A stretch of 64,000 bases of DNA from Enoplolaimus lenunculus (taxonomy: Eukaryota), in contig JASANG010002067.1 of NCBI GenBank assembly GCA_030248215.1, positions 186,001-250,000 on the forward strand, written 5' to 3'. This document shows positions 12,260 to 26,100 of this stretch, in pieces. Made by a program: the position numbers and the translations under genes. Position 1 is the stretch's first letter, and every line of letters begins with the position of its first letter. The notes beneath the pieces were generated by a model that saw only the letters and a list, made by a program, of their open reading frames with translations, made no database searches and was not told the DNA's origin.

Positions 12260-12798
12260 TTAAAAATAATTTTGTAAATAAACTCATATAATGTGGAAAA
12301 GAATTCTACCAAGATTTGCCGGCAGTCTCACAGAAACCACGGATCTAATTATATGTTATTCTAGTTTTATTTGAAGTAGTCAAAATAAAATATCAAAATT
12401 CAAATTATAAACTCAATGTCCAAAACCAATTTCCAAAGCGGCTATTTTCTGTCAGGTTTTTGTGGACAAATAATTAAACACGAATGTTTTATTACATACT
12501 AGGAACGTATTGTTTTGCAAAATTACATATCGGGTTTCAATTACAGCAAAAATCTACATTGCATGTTTAATTATTTTCACTGCACCCTTGAAACTAATGT
12601 TCTTGATGCCACAGAACCGTATTAATAAATTCTGGCTCAATTCTCCAAGTGGAGAAGAAAATTCCCTCTAACAAAGTTCGGCTATATCATATTTCACATA
12701 TATACATGCGATGCACTGATAAAATTAAAACATGCACCCCCTATGAGAAATTATCAAACAAACAGGACGCATATACCTGACCGAAGTACCTGCTAATA

Positions 12799-12994
12799 CA
12801 CTGCAAAAAATGTTAACACAAATTGACAGCCTCTGCGGGACTACACAATCTGAGTCAAACTCGACTCCGCCAGAGCCAAATTCGACTCACTGAATCGCAT
12901 GTTTGAGTCTGCCGGAGGGAATTTGACTCAGTTTGTATACTCCCGTAGAGCCTATTTCGGAGATTGCCAATTTGACTCACCATTTTTTGCAATG
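12799..12994. mobile_element. TA-flanked MITE, same family as 3488-3697
   Basis: ta|cactgcaaaaaatg ... cattttttgcaatg|ta. Confidence 0.8.
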
Positions 12995-13120
12995 TATATA
13001 TACCTGTACTGAAATATATACATCACCTGGTTTCTAAATATATTTTGCTTTCTAGAGCAATCCATGCCGTGCGAAAAATTATCACGAAAAAGGGGGCCCC
13101 CGAAAAAAGTAGCCACCGGC

Positions 13121-13200
13121 CACTTTTTTTCTGAAAAATATGGCCTCAAGACACTTTTTTTCTGAAAAATATGGCCTCCAGACACTTTTTCCCGGAAAAA
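13121..13200. repeat. About 31-bp tandem repeat
   Basis: cactttttttctgaaaaatatggcctc occurs twice plus a partial third copy. Confidence 0.7.
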
Positions 13201-14969
13201 TTGACCAATGAACATGAGCATGACCTCTCTGAAAACAATGCGTTTCTGCAATACAACCATACATTTTAGTTGCATGTTAACTAGGATTACAAGGGACGTC
13301 AACGCATAGACTGGTAATGCAAATTCGGCCCATGCCTAAGGGAAACAACCGCGTGCGGATTTTTCTTCCACAATAAAAATTTATTCTCAGATACTTTGTG
13401 GCGCTGATGGACCTTTGGTCAGTAAAACCGACAAGACGTTAATACACTGTTACAAAAAGTTTCGATGCTAGAAAATTCAGCACAGTTTATTTTAAACTCG
13501 AAGCGGAAAATCACAAATTATTTCGAACTCATAAAATTCTGATGTATTAAATTAATACATCTACATATTTTTATTTTGAAAAATAACACGCTTTAATGTT
13601 GCTCATCCCAATGTCACATTAACCTACTCGTCAGTTGTAATAGATAGTCAACCACATAAACCATGAAAATCCACGTTTTTATTTGAGTATTTACAAGAGA
13701 TTTTTGTCTAATGTCGATTCTAGGATGTGTATGCCTAACGAGAAACTGTTGCTAGATTTTCATTTTTGCCTTGAAAGGCTGGACTTTATTGTGAAGTTGC
13801 TCCGGCCCTGATCTTGACTTAAGTTGGAATTGGACTTTAACCGTTTTTTTGCAACGATGCGAAGATTAAACGTTATAAAACCTGCAGCAACGACGACATC
13901 TTGTTAGAAAATTGACGTAGAGGACCGAAGTAAGAACTTTGACAAAAGTGCGACTTAAACGTGTATAAAATTAGGTTTTTTAACGTTAGTTAATACACAA
14001 ACTTTTCCTACTCAGCAATTTGCATTTCTGGGTTGCAGCGACGTACTCGCTTCTGCCATATTTCAAATTTTAGGTAAGTTTTGTTTGTAGCTTTAGACCA
14101 GAGATAGTCAGTAGAGATTTTTATTGCTGTATTCATTGCTGCTGCATGAAACAGTACTAGTTTTGCACTTGTAGTCCTGATCATGCTGTGGGATGGGATA
14201 ATTGACGACTGAAAAATCCACATTTATAAACACCTGCCACCTTTAAGCTTACGTCTGTTCTCTGACTTACATTCAAAGTCAACTTGCGGTCTGAAGTCAA
14301 GTTAAATTGTACCGTTGCAACCCAACGATAATCGAGTTGTTTGATTATGAAATGGCAATTATTTGTCAATTCATTCGACACAATATAGAATTATTACTGA
14401 ATAATTGAGCGCAGATAAAGCCAATACCGAAATATTAGACAGAGAAAGAGCGCAAGCGATATGTTATACACTACAGCATCTGTTTGTGAGCGTACGCTTT
14501 GGTTATATGAGTTTGTATGCGAAACAAATATATGGTGTCCTTGTAGCGAGCTGTTGTGTGAGATTGTTCGTCGCGTTGCTGCAGATTTTGGGGTTTTACC
14601 GAAGTATCTTGGACGATTTACCGGAAACAGAAAAGGTGGGTATGTTCGAAAATATTGCAGGTGGGCGCAAGTAGGAATGGGAAATAATATTAAACGGTGC
14701 GTTAGTCAGCAACAAAGCTTCAAGTTACTAAACTATTGAATCATATACAGATTAACAACGTATCAGGAATATAACGATTTTTTGTTGGTAAAAGTTTCTT
14801 AGTTTCGTTCGCGTGAATCTGGTGTTGGTATATAAATACACGTAGTCGCTTCTGAGAGTAATTTTACGATCGGTATCACTGTTCATGAGTAAACGCCTTC
14901 AAGTTGGACATTCCAAATTTTTTGACATTTGGTTGCATCGTAGGTCCGCACAGTTATGAGTCGTCAATC

Positions 14970-16068
14970 AGCCATGTACACACGTGCAAGTTTTTGCAGC
15001 GAGAAATCGCAGCTGCAACTTCACGAAATACTTACAGCTGCAACTTCACGAAATACTTGCAGGTGCAACTTCACGAAATACTTGCAACTCCAAGTATTTT
15101 AAGGAAACATCAAGCCTTAAGCCCTATTCACACGTGCAAGTTATTGCAGCAAAAACTTGTACGTGCAACTTGCATGTGCAAGTTTGGTCACAAAGCAGAT
15201 TTTAAGTTCTTGCAGCTGCAAATTATTCATTACAATTCATGTGGTTTAATTTAATTCGCACGTGTGAATGCCGTTGCAAATCGCTCGAATTTCTTGCACT
15301 TGCATTCTCTTCGACAATCAGTTCGAGTATAACCTTCTTTGCCCATGAATGTTTCTTACAACTGAAACTTGCAGCTGCAAGTTTTTTGAAAAATTCATTC
15401 CAAGAACTTGCAGCTGTAAGTGATTCATGATTAATATATGCGAAGAATTTATTCGTAGATATGAATAATCCTGCAAGTCGAATTCATTTATCATCATTGG
15501 CTAAACTGATAGATTATATGTTATGTTTGATATTTATTGCAGTGGTCTGCAAATTATTCACATAAATTCATGTCAAGATTCAGAATGAAAGTTATGATTC
15601 TTTACTAATACTTGCAGCTGCAAGTATTTCGTGCAAGTTGCAGCTGCTAGTTCTCGCAGCAAAAACTTGCACATGTGAATAGGGCTTAATTAACGCGTGC
15701 AAGTTTTTGCAGCGAGAACTCTCAGCTGCAACTTGCACCGGTTTCTTGCTGCTGCAAGTAATTGCAAGGTATATCATTTTCATTCTGAATATTGACATGA
15801 ATTATATGAATAATTTGCAGTTGACTGCAATAAATATCAAGCCATTAATTAGGTGTTTGGCTAATAATGATGAATTAATTCGGCTTGCAAGGCTATTCCT
15901 GCCTATGAATTTATACTTAGCGCATTTTCATAATGAATTAATTGCAACTGCAAGTTCTTCGGTTGATTTTTTGAAAAAACTTTGAAGCCCCATTCACACG
16001 TGCAACTTTTTGCAGCAAAAATTTGCATGACCTCGCTGCAAAAGCTTGCACGTCTGAATCGGGCTTCA
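14970..16068. mobile_element. Cluster of related foldback MITEs rich in tgcagctgcaag
   Basis: Central element 15121-15685 has TIR gccctattcacacgtgcaag and TTAA flanks. A mini-copy lies at about 15986-16066, with related fragments on both sides. Confidence 0.75.
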
Positions 16069-17141
16069 GCTACAAGAAACAGTCACGCGTAAAGGAGGCT
16101 GTACTCGAAATTTTTTGACTAGAAAACGTTTACATAATGATACACTTCCTATATAGTGTATAAAAATGTAAAACAAACCCCGCCACAATCGCCGTAGACG
16201 GTGAAATATCAAACATGTTTGATATTTGAGTTAATTCCAACTTCTTGTATAAATTGAAAAGTCTGAATTATGTACAGCAACACATCCATCGACCAATCAA
16301 AATGCAAGTGTTAGAAATTCAAGCGACTTCAATTTCGTTCACACGTGCAAAATAAACTTAATGGCATGAATTCCAGTGAATTATTGGCAGCTGCTGTTAC
16401 AAGAACTTCGGGAAAAATCTTGATTCGGGAGTAGAACCGGGCCAAATCGATGATGGAAGTTTTAGTCAAGCTGTTCACTTCGCACGTATTATCATTTATC
16501 AGTTGAAAGAAAACTAGCGAGCGAGAACCAACGACTTTTTGTGTTGTATTAATTCTGATACAAAATCTTAATTCTGCATGCAATGCGACTATTTGAAGAA
16601 ATACTTTTAAAATACATCATTATATTCCAGGTGTTCCGTCCATGTATTTTTGCAATACTCGGAGCCGGTAATTTTTGCTGAGAAAACCCGGACCTTGAAC
16701 TGTATAAATTTCCCAAAGTCAAAACCTGGACTTTAAAAAGTTCGTCGAAAACTCATAGAAGACTAAAATGTAACTCCATTAAAGATAAAGTTGTTTAAGC
16801 TTTCTTTCTTGTATTAGGTGCAGTTTTGTAATGGAGTGACAAAATTTGTGATCAGTGAGTGCAGAATACTTCACTAAATCTTGTTACGTTAATATTTCTA
16901 TGCAATGTTTGACTGAAATTTTTTCTTTTGCATGAAAAGTAGTGGTGTGGTGTCTAGCTAGATTCAGTATCAAGCAGTAAGGACCGCTAGTGTTTCACCC
17001 GATTTGTGCCAATTATATAGCGATGGTTTATAAATAGTTAACATCAAAGCGCAAATTGAGCTGCGAGGTCACCGTTGCTGTATGAAAAAGATTTTAGCCT
17101 ATATATTTGCTTTTTGTGTTAGTGCTTTCAGTTTGTTTCTC

Positions 17142-17147
17142 TTTCAG
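17142..17147 (+). promoter_or_regulatory. Splice or trans-splice acceptor upstream of the BAZ1A start codon
   Basis: Pyrimidine tract ending TTTCAG 51 nt before the ATG at 17199. Confidence 0.45.
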
Positions 17148-17198
17148 GCGCCCCCTCGCGAATGATTGTTGATTATCTACAAACCGGTTGTACGCACA

Positions 17199-20100
17199 AT
17201 GCCTATGCTAAAGCGGCAAGTGTTTTTGCCGAAGCAGACACCGGATGATTTGAAACCGAATGAATATGTTTTTTATTCCCCTTTAACGAAGGAGATCTTT
17301 CGGGATTACGAGTATGTGTAAAAACATTTGTATATGCATTAGAGTTGTCACGCGGCGCTCATGATTTTATCGGTTCTAAGTTGGGGCTAGGTTTTTAGAG
17401 TTATTAACAGTTATATAAGTTTAAGGTTGGCTCATTTAAAACCTTACTCAACACACATTTAAGTTGCCCCGGGGCCAGAACCAGGATCTGAGACCCTGGT
17501 ACCAGAGCCTGGACTGGTACTAACGGCGCCAACGGATACTTCTTTCTCAACGAATAATTGTTTTGTCAAAATATTTGCTTACTGCCGGAACAACCACAAG
17601 CTTTTTCTGTAGCGAAATGAATCGTTGAATTTGCATGACCGAAACGCCAGATTCTTAGTTTGTTTTTCAAGACACAGAGTCAAGTAATGATTGCATTTGC
17701 CCGGTAAATTAAGGGATTGCACTGGATTCGTCGCAAAACTACGAAGTAACTCTTATCACACTTCGTGAGCATCATATGTCTTCGAAATTAGAACTGTGCT
17801 TAGTTTATTGGGTTTCATTTGACTTGTTTCTAAGGTGATAATCAAGCTTATCAGCTGGTTACTTGCTTGAACCTCTAACGATAAGTTTCGGCCGATACTC
17901 TGTGAATGGAAGTATATAAACTTAAAAACATCAGATTATGCATTGAATAAATTGTGGAGGCGACAAAAAATGATCGTACGTAGGTTCGGGTAAGAGTGCT
18001 CTAAATTTTAAGTATGTACAGCGTATACTAAATTAAAATTCCAAAATATATTCAAATTTGCTGTTTCACGTCTACTGATGTAAAGTCTAGTCTGAATTTC
18101 GTTAAGAGGCCCAAGTGGAATAAATGGTTTCAAGAAAACCAAAATCTAACTACAAAGAACCTCTGTTAAATTACGTTTGGAAGATTTTTTGTTGACATCT
18201 CCATGACACCGACACCGAATGGCCCCGGCCATTCAAAAGCCTTTTGACTTTTGATATTTATGCATATAAATAATACAGATACTTACACGTTTACCGTAGA
18301 GTGGCACCGAACCTACGATTTGACCGATTCCGAACCCATTGCGACTTTGCCGAAACCGATACCGAACCTGAGTCTTTTTTTAAAAAGTCCTTCATTTAGG
18401 TGAAACTGTTGTGTAAAATTAAAAGTGACAGCATAATAAACCTAATGTTACACAGAAGATAGAAACAAGTAGATTTAAAATATATATCAAAACAAAGATT
18501 CACTGCAACATGGACTGAGGTTCGAACTACAAATACTTAAAGTTTTGCAAAATGATTCAAGTCTGTTCCAATTCAGTTTCGACAACAGAAACAAGTATCT
18601 CCAAACCGTGCTGGATCCTACTTTTTCAAAACCGTATCTGTATCCGAACCTTCATTTTTTGCGGAATGTAAAACCGAATCAAAACTTTTTGTTGCTGCCC
18701 TGATATACAGGTTGTCAGTAAGAAAGTGTTGCTTATATCGAAACATCTGGTCGCCGGCTATCATTCTGGATGTTGATATTTTAATTTGTGAAAGCTTGAT
18801 TATTTATCTAAATTTGAAGTTGAGACTACCAATTGATATATCCTACGTACGTATGTATTAGTCATATAAGCAAACCAGAATTCAATAAAATAAGCTTTCA
18901 ACGTCTGGTTTTCAGAGAATATTATGAGCGTGTTATTCAGCTGAACTCACTGGTATGGTCATGCAGCTTAACTGGGAAGACCGGATTGACTTTCGAAGTA
19001 TGTTCTTCATTAGTTAAACCACGCTTCATTCATAGTGTTGGTCTTACGCAGTATGTAATAAACAAAATCTGTTATTTATCAAATTAAGCGCAATCCTAAT
19101 TCCGATTAAGTTGGTACCAGATTTTCTAGCATTTCAACGCTCAGAGTTGAACTTCCGTAAACGGAATTTCTTTAACATTGATTTGACCTTTTCATTAATT
19201 ATGTCGTGAAACATTGCATGTTACTGTCTTTAATCGTGCAATTATTCGGTAATATAAGTACTAAAAGGTACTTTACTTGTTCAAGGAAGCAGTAGACTGT
19301 GAACGTGAGGCATACAATTCGATTTCTACCATTCCGCGTATTTTGGAACTTGCAGTATACAGCGTGATAACGACCGTGTGTCGTTTTCGCATGGACGACG
19401 TGGTTGCAGATGTATGGAATTTTATAAAAGACAAATATGCAGCATCGGAATTGATTGAAGTATCTGTTGACGGTGTCAAGTAAGCGATTTACTATGGACT
19501 GAATAACGTAAGATGAAATTATTGCAAAATCAGCTTAGTGAAGTTACTTTTAGAAACTGTGTTTGCGAGTTTTGGTAAAGACCCGTTTCTGTGAGGACTC
19601 ACACCAATTTATACTTGGGGTATTGGGGAGTATTGTCAAGTTTCAGTAAAGTTTTTGCTAGTGTGCATCTTTTGTTAACTAAGGCGTTTTATAAGTTACA
19701 CTAAATTTTCATTTCATTTTTGAAATTATTGCGTGAGCTTTGGTTGTAACTGACAGTTTTGTCATAGGGTTGTCCAAGATCACTCATGCGCGTTCTGTTG
19801 TAAGTAGCAACTGAACAACCAAGTTTTGGCATAGGTGCCAACACTAAACGCGGCGTTGTGGCTGTATTGTACGCGTGAAAATTGTTACCATTAATATTAT
19901 AGCAATATTGCATGATCTTGGAAGCTTACCGTTAAGTTCAAATCCATAACTACTAACGGGTTTTCAAACAAGCATGTCAGTTACCCTGCGTTGCAGCAGC
20001 AAGCAGCAATAAACAAACAATTCTTACTTTGGGGATTCAAGTAAAATTGAAATATGCTAGCTAGCAAGTGCCGCTATGTTGTATTTTTATTCTAGGGAAG

Positions 20101-23100
20101 ACTGTAAAATTATTAGTGCCAAATACATTGGAAAAGATCCAACGGGTCCGTCATGTGGAGGCAGCTTGCCTGAAAGCCAGCACGCAACGTCGTCTGGATT
20201 TCAACCTAATAAAGCGATATCGGTGAAATGTTCTAGTAGTGGTCGCGCTGAAATTACTTTAGTTGATCTAAGTGGCGACGATGGCACAGATTTAGCTTCC
20301 GTTTGTGCAGAGTAAGTATGTATTTTTCATTTCATATGAGCAATGCGAGGATACGAACGACAATCGGCAGAGTTCCGCGAAACGTTCCATGTCGTATTTG
20401 GACCACAGCTAAATCCACGAACCGTTTGCTGAACGGATTTGGAAAAAATTTTTTGTTTGAAAGCTTATGATCATGCTTTGGTAGCTTCATATTGATGTTT
20501 TTAAATGCAAGGTTTTGCTGTTAACTCAGTATTAATGATGTGCCGATATCAGAATTTTTGCCTATACCGATGCCGATTTTTATTTTGAAGATATGTAGAT
20601 GACAGGATGCAACCGGAAGTGCGGTTCCGGCATTTTTACACCTTCTGGTTCCGGTATTAATTTTTACCGGATTTAATTCCGGTATTAATTTGTGGTCGGT
20701 GAAAATTAAGTTATTTTACTAAAAATGACGATAAAAATTAAATAGATTCCATTAGCATAGTATGTAAACCTTGACAATCGCCGAAAATAAACCATCGAAG
20801 GTAGATTGCGCTTCCGTGGATTATGGAAATATAAAATACAGCAGATAAAGTGAATACCTATTTCTAGCTAGAGTCTTTTCACCAATAATATTGCAAAAAA
20901 AAAATTAAATGAATTTTTGGGTGGCATGTATTGTTCATTTTCCGGTTCCGGTAAATGTAATTCCGATTGCATCCTGCTTGCACCCTGACGTTAACAAATG
21001 AAATTGATAGAATCTCGTTCAGATTTATCTATATTAATTTGCTGTTTGGGTTATGTGATGGAAGTGGGGAGACTGCTCTGGTTTTTTAATTTCAGGCGAA
21101 ATAATTTTTCCAAAAAAACCACAGATCCCAAAGAGAAGGGCGACGACTTAAAACCTAACACATTCATTCCTAATGGCTCTGATTATGAATATTTTGTCGA
21201 ATTGATTGACAAGTCGCATGCGTCTGTTCACGAGTCACGAACAAAATTTTGGGTCAAACACGATGTGATTAGGTAACAAACGATATTTATGAGCTTGTCT
21301 TAGTGATCCCATAAATAGCAAAAGTTGCTACCTATGTGTTGTATTAATAAGAATAACTGAAAATGTGGGTGGGTTTATGTGTAATGCAAAAATTGCTAAT
21401 TGCTCACTCAACTCTGAATCATCAATAGCAACCACCAGTCTGACGTTGCACAGCCGACGGCCAGAAGTTTGTGCTTTGCCACTGAATTTTCCAAAAAGTG
21501 TACTATAAACATTTGCAAGCAACGTTATATAATTAGTGTTTTGTTTACGATTTGAGATACATTAATATCTGCATACAAATATGTGTAGTTGATTTTTTAG
21601 CCGCATACGTGGAGGATTGACAAAGAACAAGCTACGAATGTTGCTCAAAGGTCGATGTTATTTCGATGGACAGAGTTTTCGCTTAAAAGTAAACTGATTT
21701 GATTAACCATGGTATTTTTATCGTATATAATCTTCAGAGGACGACCGGATGCCCAGTTCCGGCAAAAGATCGACATCCAGCTTCGGCTCCGGTATTCTAG
21801 CTTGCCGGATGTTTTTCTAAACTTCAGAAAATGGAACTGATTGACTTTGTTTGACTTACTTTTACATAGTTTATTCTCTCATGCATGTGTTGTAAATGAC
21901 TTTGTTCAACTTTGATAAGTCCGAAGTTTTCGATATCGATTTCCACTTGTCAAATTAATTTATATTGCCGGAAAGCTATATTTTGAGCTTGTCTAAGCGA
22001 AAGATAGCCTAAAACTTAGGCTTCCTCTAGAATCATTCCTCACAAAAAACTGAAACTCTCGAAAAGTAAATATGTTTATTTGGATAACAAGCCAGTACCA
22101 GGCTAAATTTTGCGTTGTTTGTTTTGCAGTACATAGGAAAAACTGAATGCCCTTAAATTAGCAAGTGTCACACAAATATTGCAACTTAGCACAACGCTAC
22201 AAAAACATAAAAATAATAGAATAGGGTCGCTGTTAAAGTGTTATAAATGCATCGGCGCGAAATGTTAAGTTTTGCCACAGAAGCACTTTGGATACATTAG
22301 GCCACGGAAGGACGACAGTACGTATTAGATTTTGATAAGAACTTGCATACATACGAATATCTTGCAATTTGTTTTTTTAATTTATTGTTACATAGGGGTT
22401 TTAAAAAAATTTAGCAGGGGGTATGAATTTTTAATTACTACCCCCCTTTCTACTAATTTTGGGCGATTATAACTTGGAGTTTTTAATTTTACACTGATTA
22501 CCCCCTTCGTTTTAAATTTTTTATATTTAGTTTTTTGTTTTTTTGGGGTTTACCCCTTTTATTAATTTTTTGATTTTTAATTTTCCTGTAAAAATTGCAC
22601 GTGCATACATATATATCGTACATATATTTTCTGTGTGTGTGTTATGTAGCGATGCGTTGTTGTTGTTGTTATTATTATTATTATTATTCTTGTTGTTGGT
22701 TGCATTGTTGTTGTTGTTGTACAGTGTTACTGTACGGGCAAGCCAGCTGTAACTGCAGCTAAACGTGCCCAAGTGATGTTTTACAGGAATATTCGCTGGT
22801 ACGCATGGTATTTGTGTGCTCTAGTTTGTATTTTTTCCTGCATAATATATTGTGGTGCCTGGTTTTAAAGTTTTGCTTGAGTGCGGATTACAATTATTAT
22901 ACAGGATAGTGTGCCTCTTGGATAAAATCAACTGGGGTGTAAGGGAAAACAATGCCCACTTAAACTTTAGATACTTCGTAGACTCTGATAGTCATTTTTG
23001 CTATAAGTTCAAAGCGTGTTATTTTAAGCTTAAGAGCTAAAATTAGAATTTTGAAATACGAGTATGGCTATGTAGCCCCGTTTCGGAAAATTTAAAATAC

Positions 23101-26100
23101 GATAATTCTAAGAATTAGAAAGCATATTAAAGTCGAGGGAAGTCAAAATATTTATTAGTTCGTGGAATTACTTAAATTTGCGGAATAATTTTGTTTTGAA
23201 TTTTGTGGATTTTCGACAAAACATGGGATTTTTTGACTTTTTATGCAATTTTAAAGATCAGGGTTGTTTTCGAAACTTGGAATTCTGGTCAAAATATTTA
23301 ATTCGGAGAATTTACTTCAAATTTTAATTTCAAAAATTGTTATAAAAACCCAAGTATTAAGTCAAAATAAGTTTTTTGTATAATTTTGTGGTAAATTTTT
23401 GCTAGAAATCAATTAGAAAAAACCATAAGATTTATAAATTAAATTAAGCATTTAAGTTTCGGAAATTCTTTAGAGTTTTGTGAAGTCGATAAAGTTCATG
23501 CTGCCCTTTAATTTTACGAGTATATAAGGGTCGTGCGCTTGCATCTAAAAAGGGGCTTCAGTTGTGTATCGCGGCAGAGTTGTTGCCGGTTGTTATTACG
23601 TATTGACGTTTATTAGCTTCGGAGTTTACTTGGCTGTATTTGCTTGGTTATAGCACAAGTGTGCTAGTGTTAGGAATTGCTATATAGCTGTGTGCAAAAT
23701 ATTGGAGTTTTGTTTAGATAATTTGCGGTCTAAGTCTTGATTTCGGTGAAGCCCTGGGTGTGAATTACTTTGTGTTTGTAAACCCCAAGTTTGAAAATTT
23801 TTTGACATATTCGCGGAAAAGTCTCAGAAGACAGTGTTTTCGCGCCTACGGAAGTATAGACCGCAGATAAGTAGATTATAGAAAATAGAAGAGTTTGGTT
23901 TGTCCTTAAGGACACACTGCCGTTTTACTTTCATTGCCTATTGGTAGATTAGTTTTGTTTGTTGCTGTGTGCAGTGGTAATTGGTGGCCTGTGTGGCCTT
24001 AGTAGAGGTTTGTGGTGTTTGAAACAAATAGTGTCTACGAATTTTCCAACGGAATTTACACAGTAATCAGTGGAATTTTTGGGTCGTATTTGAACATCCT
24101 ATCGGAGTATTATTTTGCAATTTGTGAAAGAGTCTGTGTATCCTGGTTTATTGAGAACTCTTGGGTCTGACACGTAGTGTGTGTGAAAATGTTATTTTAT
24201 ATTGCCGAAGTGTACTATTTATTGTGAAGTATAAAGTTTGGTGATTTAGATAGTGGTATTCGAGAATAGAGAGTGTTTTTGGGTAACCCACGGAATACGC
24301 TCTTGAATGTTATTGTAATCCAATTCTGGGTATATTTTTTTGGAAAGCACTCACGAGTGTTGACCGTGCGACGTTAAATTATGGTTCACCAAACTAGAAT
24401 ACAAATTATAAAGGAATATGACTTTGAATAAAACAATGAATTAATGCAGCATTCACAGTGATAAATTTTGCTGTGCCACCGGGAACGACATGAGGTAGGA
24501 TTAACGAGTGGCAATTTTTAAAACTGCCAATTAATTTTAATCGAGTTCCAAATGCGAGCGTTAACCCTACCATATAACAGTTGATAGCATTTATTTTCAG
24601 GAGGGTATAACTGTATAAATTATGGTCATTGTAGTATAAGCGTAGTCCTAATAAGCATTAAAGCATATTCCTAAGCGTGAGCCTAATAGCCAAAGCAAAA
24701 AATTGTGTCTCGTAACGCTTAGGACTATGCTTATACTACTGTTGCAGTCATGTTCTCCATCAGAAAACTTTATGCTTAATGCTTAGGACTATGCTTATAC
24801 TGCACTGGCCGTGCTTTATGCAATGTTATACCCTCCTGAAAATAAACACTATTAATCTTCATGTTCAGAGGCTTCTCCCCGAGTTCATTGCCATAAAATT
24901 GTTATACGGTAGGGTTAACGATACGTATATTTTTACAAACGCTATTTTAAACAGGATACAAAATGCGTTTGTATGTGTCCATGTTTGCAATTTAATTTTT
25001 GTCTGAGCTCTGTTTCAAGTGGTAGGTTGCTGATTCAATGTTTTAGATGGAGTTTAGTTCAAAAGCACCATTTTTTTCGAAAGCATTCGTTGGTCCACGC
25101 AAATGTAGAAAATGAACGTTTTAAAAATCGGTTTTACAAACGCTATTTTAAACAGGATACAAAATGCGTTGGTATGTGTCCATGTTTGCAATTAAATTTT
25201 TTGTACGAGGTCTGTTTCAAGTGTTAGGTTGCTGATTTAATGTTTTAGAAAGAGTTTAGTTCAAAAGCACCATCTTTTTCGAAAGCATTCGTTGGTCCAC
25301 GCCCGCGTTTTCCTCAAACTCCACTTGTTAGGAAAAGCCAAATAAATACGACAAAAGCGCATGAAGCAAGAAGAAAAATTAAACGTGAGTTTTTAATGTA
25401 GTTTAGCCCATTATTTCAGTCAAACTCTTTGATATTCTGTTACGCGCTGTTCATAATAACTTTGAGTGACTACCACCGATTTGCTAGTTTTGAGATTACC
25501 GTGCAATTTTAAAATTGTACGCCACTTTATATCACAATTTTGTTTGCTAATCTGTACACACAAGTATACATTCTTTTACACTTCTATGGTGAGGTTAGCA
25601 AAGAAAAAATAGCTCGAGTTAACTAGTGTACGATTTTAAAATTGCGCACTTGTTATATTTAGACAGAGTGGAATCCTGCAACACGCTCATTATGCTAAAA
25701 ACGCACAGGCATACGATTTTCAAGATTCGTTGTGCCAAAAATGGCTCTCTGGAATCAAGTCACAGCCAGTTTTAAGCTTTAAAGATAATATTGAAATTAA
25801 TTTATCAGTTCGAATACAGCACTGAGAAGTTATTATTTCGCTCTTCTTAGGTGAAAGCGATGGCAAAAAAGGCGATAAGTCATGTAGTGTCAAATCTGAA
25901 TCGACGAAGAATAAGTCACTGAAAAAGAGTGGGTCGGAAGTCAACGTGAAAGACATGATAGGTATGTTTATATATTTTTCTTAACCATACACGGTAGCTC
26001 GTATATCCGGTCACATCGTTGTTGCAACTCGCTTGTAATGTAACAAATTTATTTACAATGTGCGTGTGCGATGTTTACAGTGAAATTCAGGTTCTTATTC

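Noticed and set aside
14405..14739. Two plus-strand ORFs of about 90 aa
   Set aside because: No recognisable domain, poor splice signals and no linked exons.
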